Source of the DNA: Tubiluchus corallicola
Lineage: Eukaryota > Animalia > Priapulida
Assembly: GCA_030141605.1 (NCBI GenBank)
Contig: JAQGDQ010000009.1
Coordinates: 806,001-870,000 of the forward strand
Reading direction: 5' to 3'
DNA length: 64,000 nucleotides
A program made the translations under genes and the position numbers. This document shows, in pieces, positions 63,834 through 64,000 of this stretch (its first letter is position 1; each line of letters starts with the position of its first letter). The notes beneath the pieces were generated by a model. The model worked only from the letters and a program-made list of their open reading frames with translations. It had not been told where the DNA came from and did not search any database.

Positions 63834-64000
63834 TTATAATTGTAATTCTTCAATGTCATCTTCGCTAACACTAACTTTGCCATTAGGCTTGGATATGTTG
63901 CTTTTAAGGACATTATCTGGTCGACCCACTATGCTGGGCAGAAAGATGTTATTCTCGCCGAATGAAGTTTTGCTGTCACCAATTGTCCAAGTGTCACCAA
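63834..64000 (-). CDS. 3' end of a gene continuing beyond the window; probable lebercilin (LCA5/LCA5L family)
   Basis: Open frame ...GDTWTIGDSKTSFGENNIFLPSIVGRPDNVLKSNISKPNGKVSVSEDDIEELQL*; the terminal EDDIEELQL resembles the recalled human LCA5 end (EDEIEEVALR), and LCA5L lies tail-to-tail with GET1 in human. Confidence 0.5.
   Translation of the reverse strand, partial: GDTWTIGDSKTSFGENNIFLPSIVGRPDNVLKSNISKPNGKVSVSEDDIEELQL

Overview
AT-rich, intron-rich animal (probably protostome invertebrate) genomic DNA, not prokaryotic; almost all ORFs in the supplied track are spurious or single exons. Splicing exons by hand (GT-AG, phase-consistent) gives seven genes: (1) an unnamed 99-aa secreted neuropeptide precursor (+, 16502-18131) predicted to release AIPWHVIVSGRGY-amide, allatotropin-like at its C-terminus; (2) alpha-SNAP/NAPA (-, 10 exons, 295 aa); (3) mitochondrial protein-only RNase P catalytic subunit PRORP/MRPP3 (-, 9 coding exons, 576 aa); (4) CCDC32-like (+, 2 coding exons, 173 aa), preceded by a decayed copy of its first coding exon; (5,6) two intact, highly diverged tandem GET1/WRB paralogs (+, 5 exons each), the second with paired RFX X-boxes upstream; (7) the last-exon fragment of a probable lebercilin (LCA5/LCA5L) gene (-) cut by the window end. 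The first ~16 kb has no recognisable host gene and is full of decayed LINEs, non-autonomous DNA transposons (Kolobok-, hAT-, Tc1/mariner-, MULE-like), microsatellites and tandem duplications, plus a compact GC-rich predicted four-way-junction RNA at ~10150-10230. Homology calls are from recalled family motifs; no database search was run.
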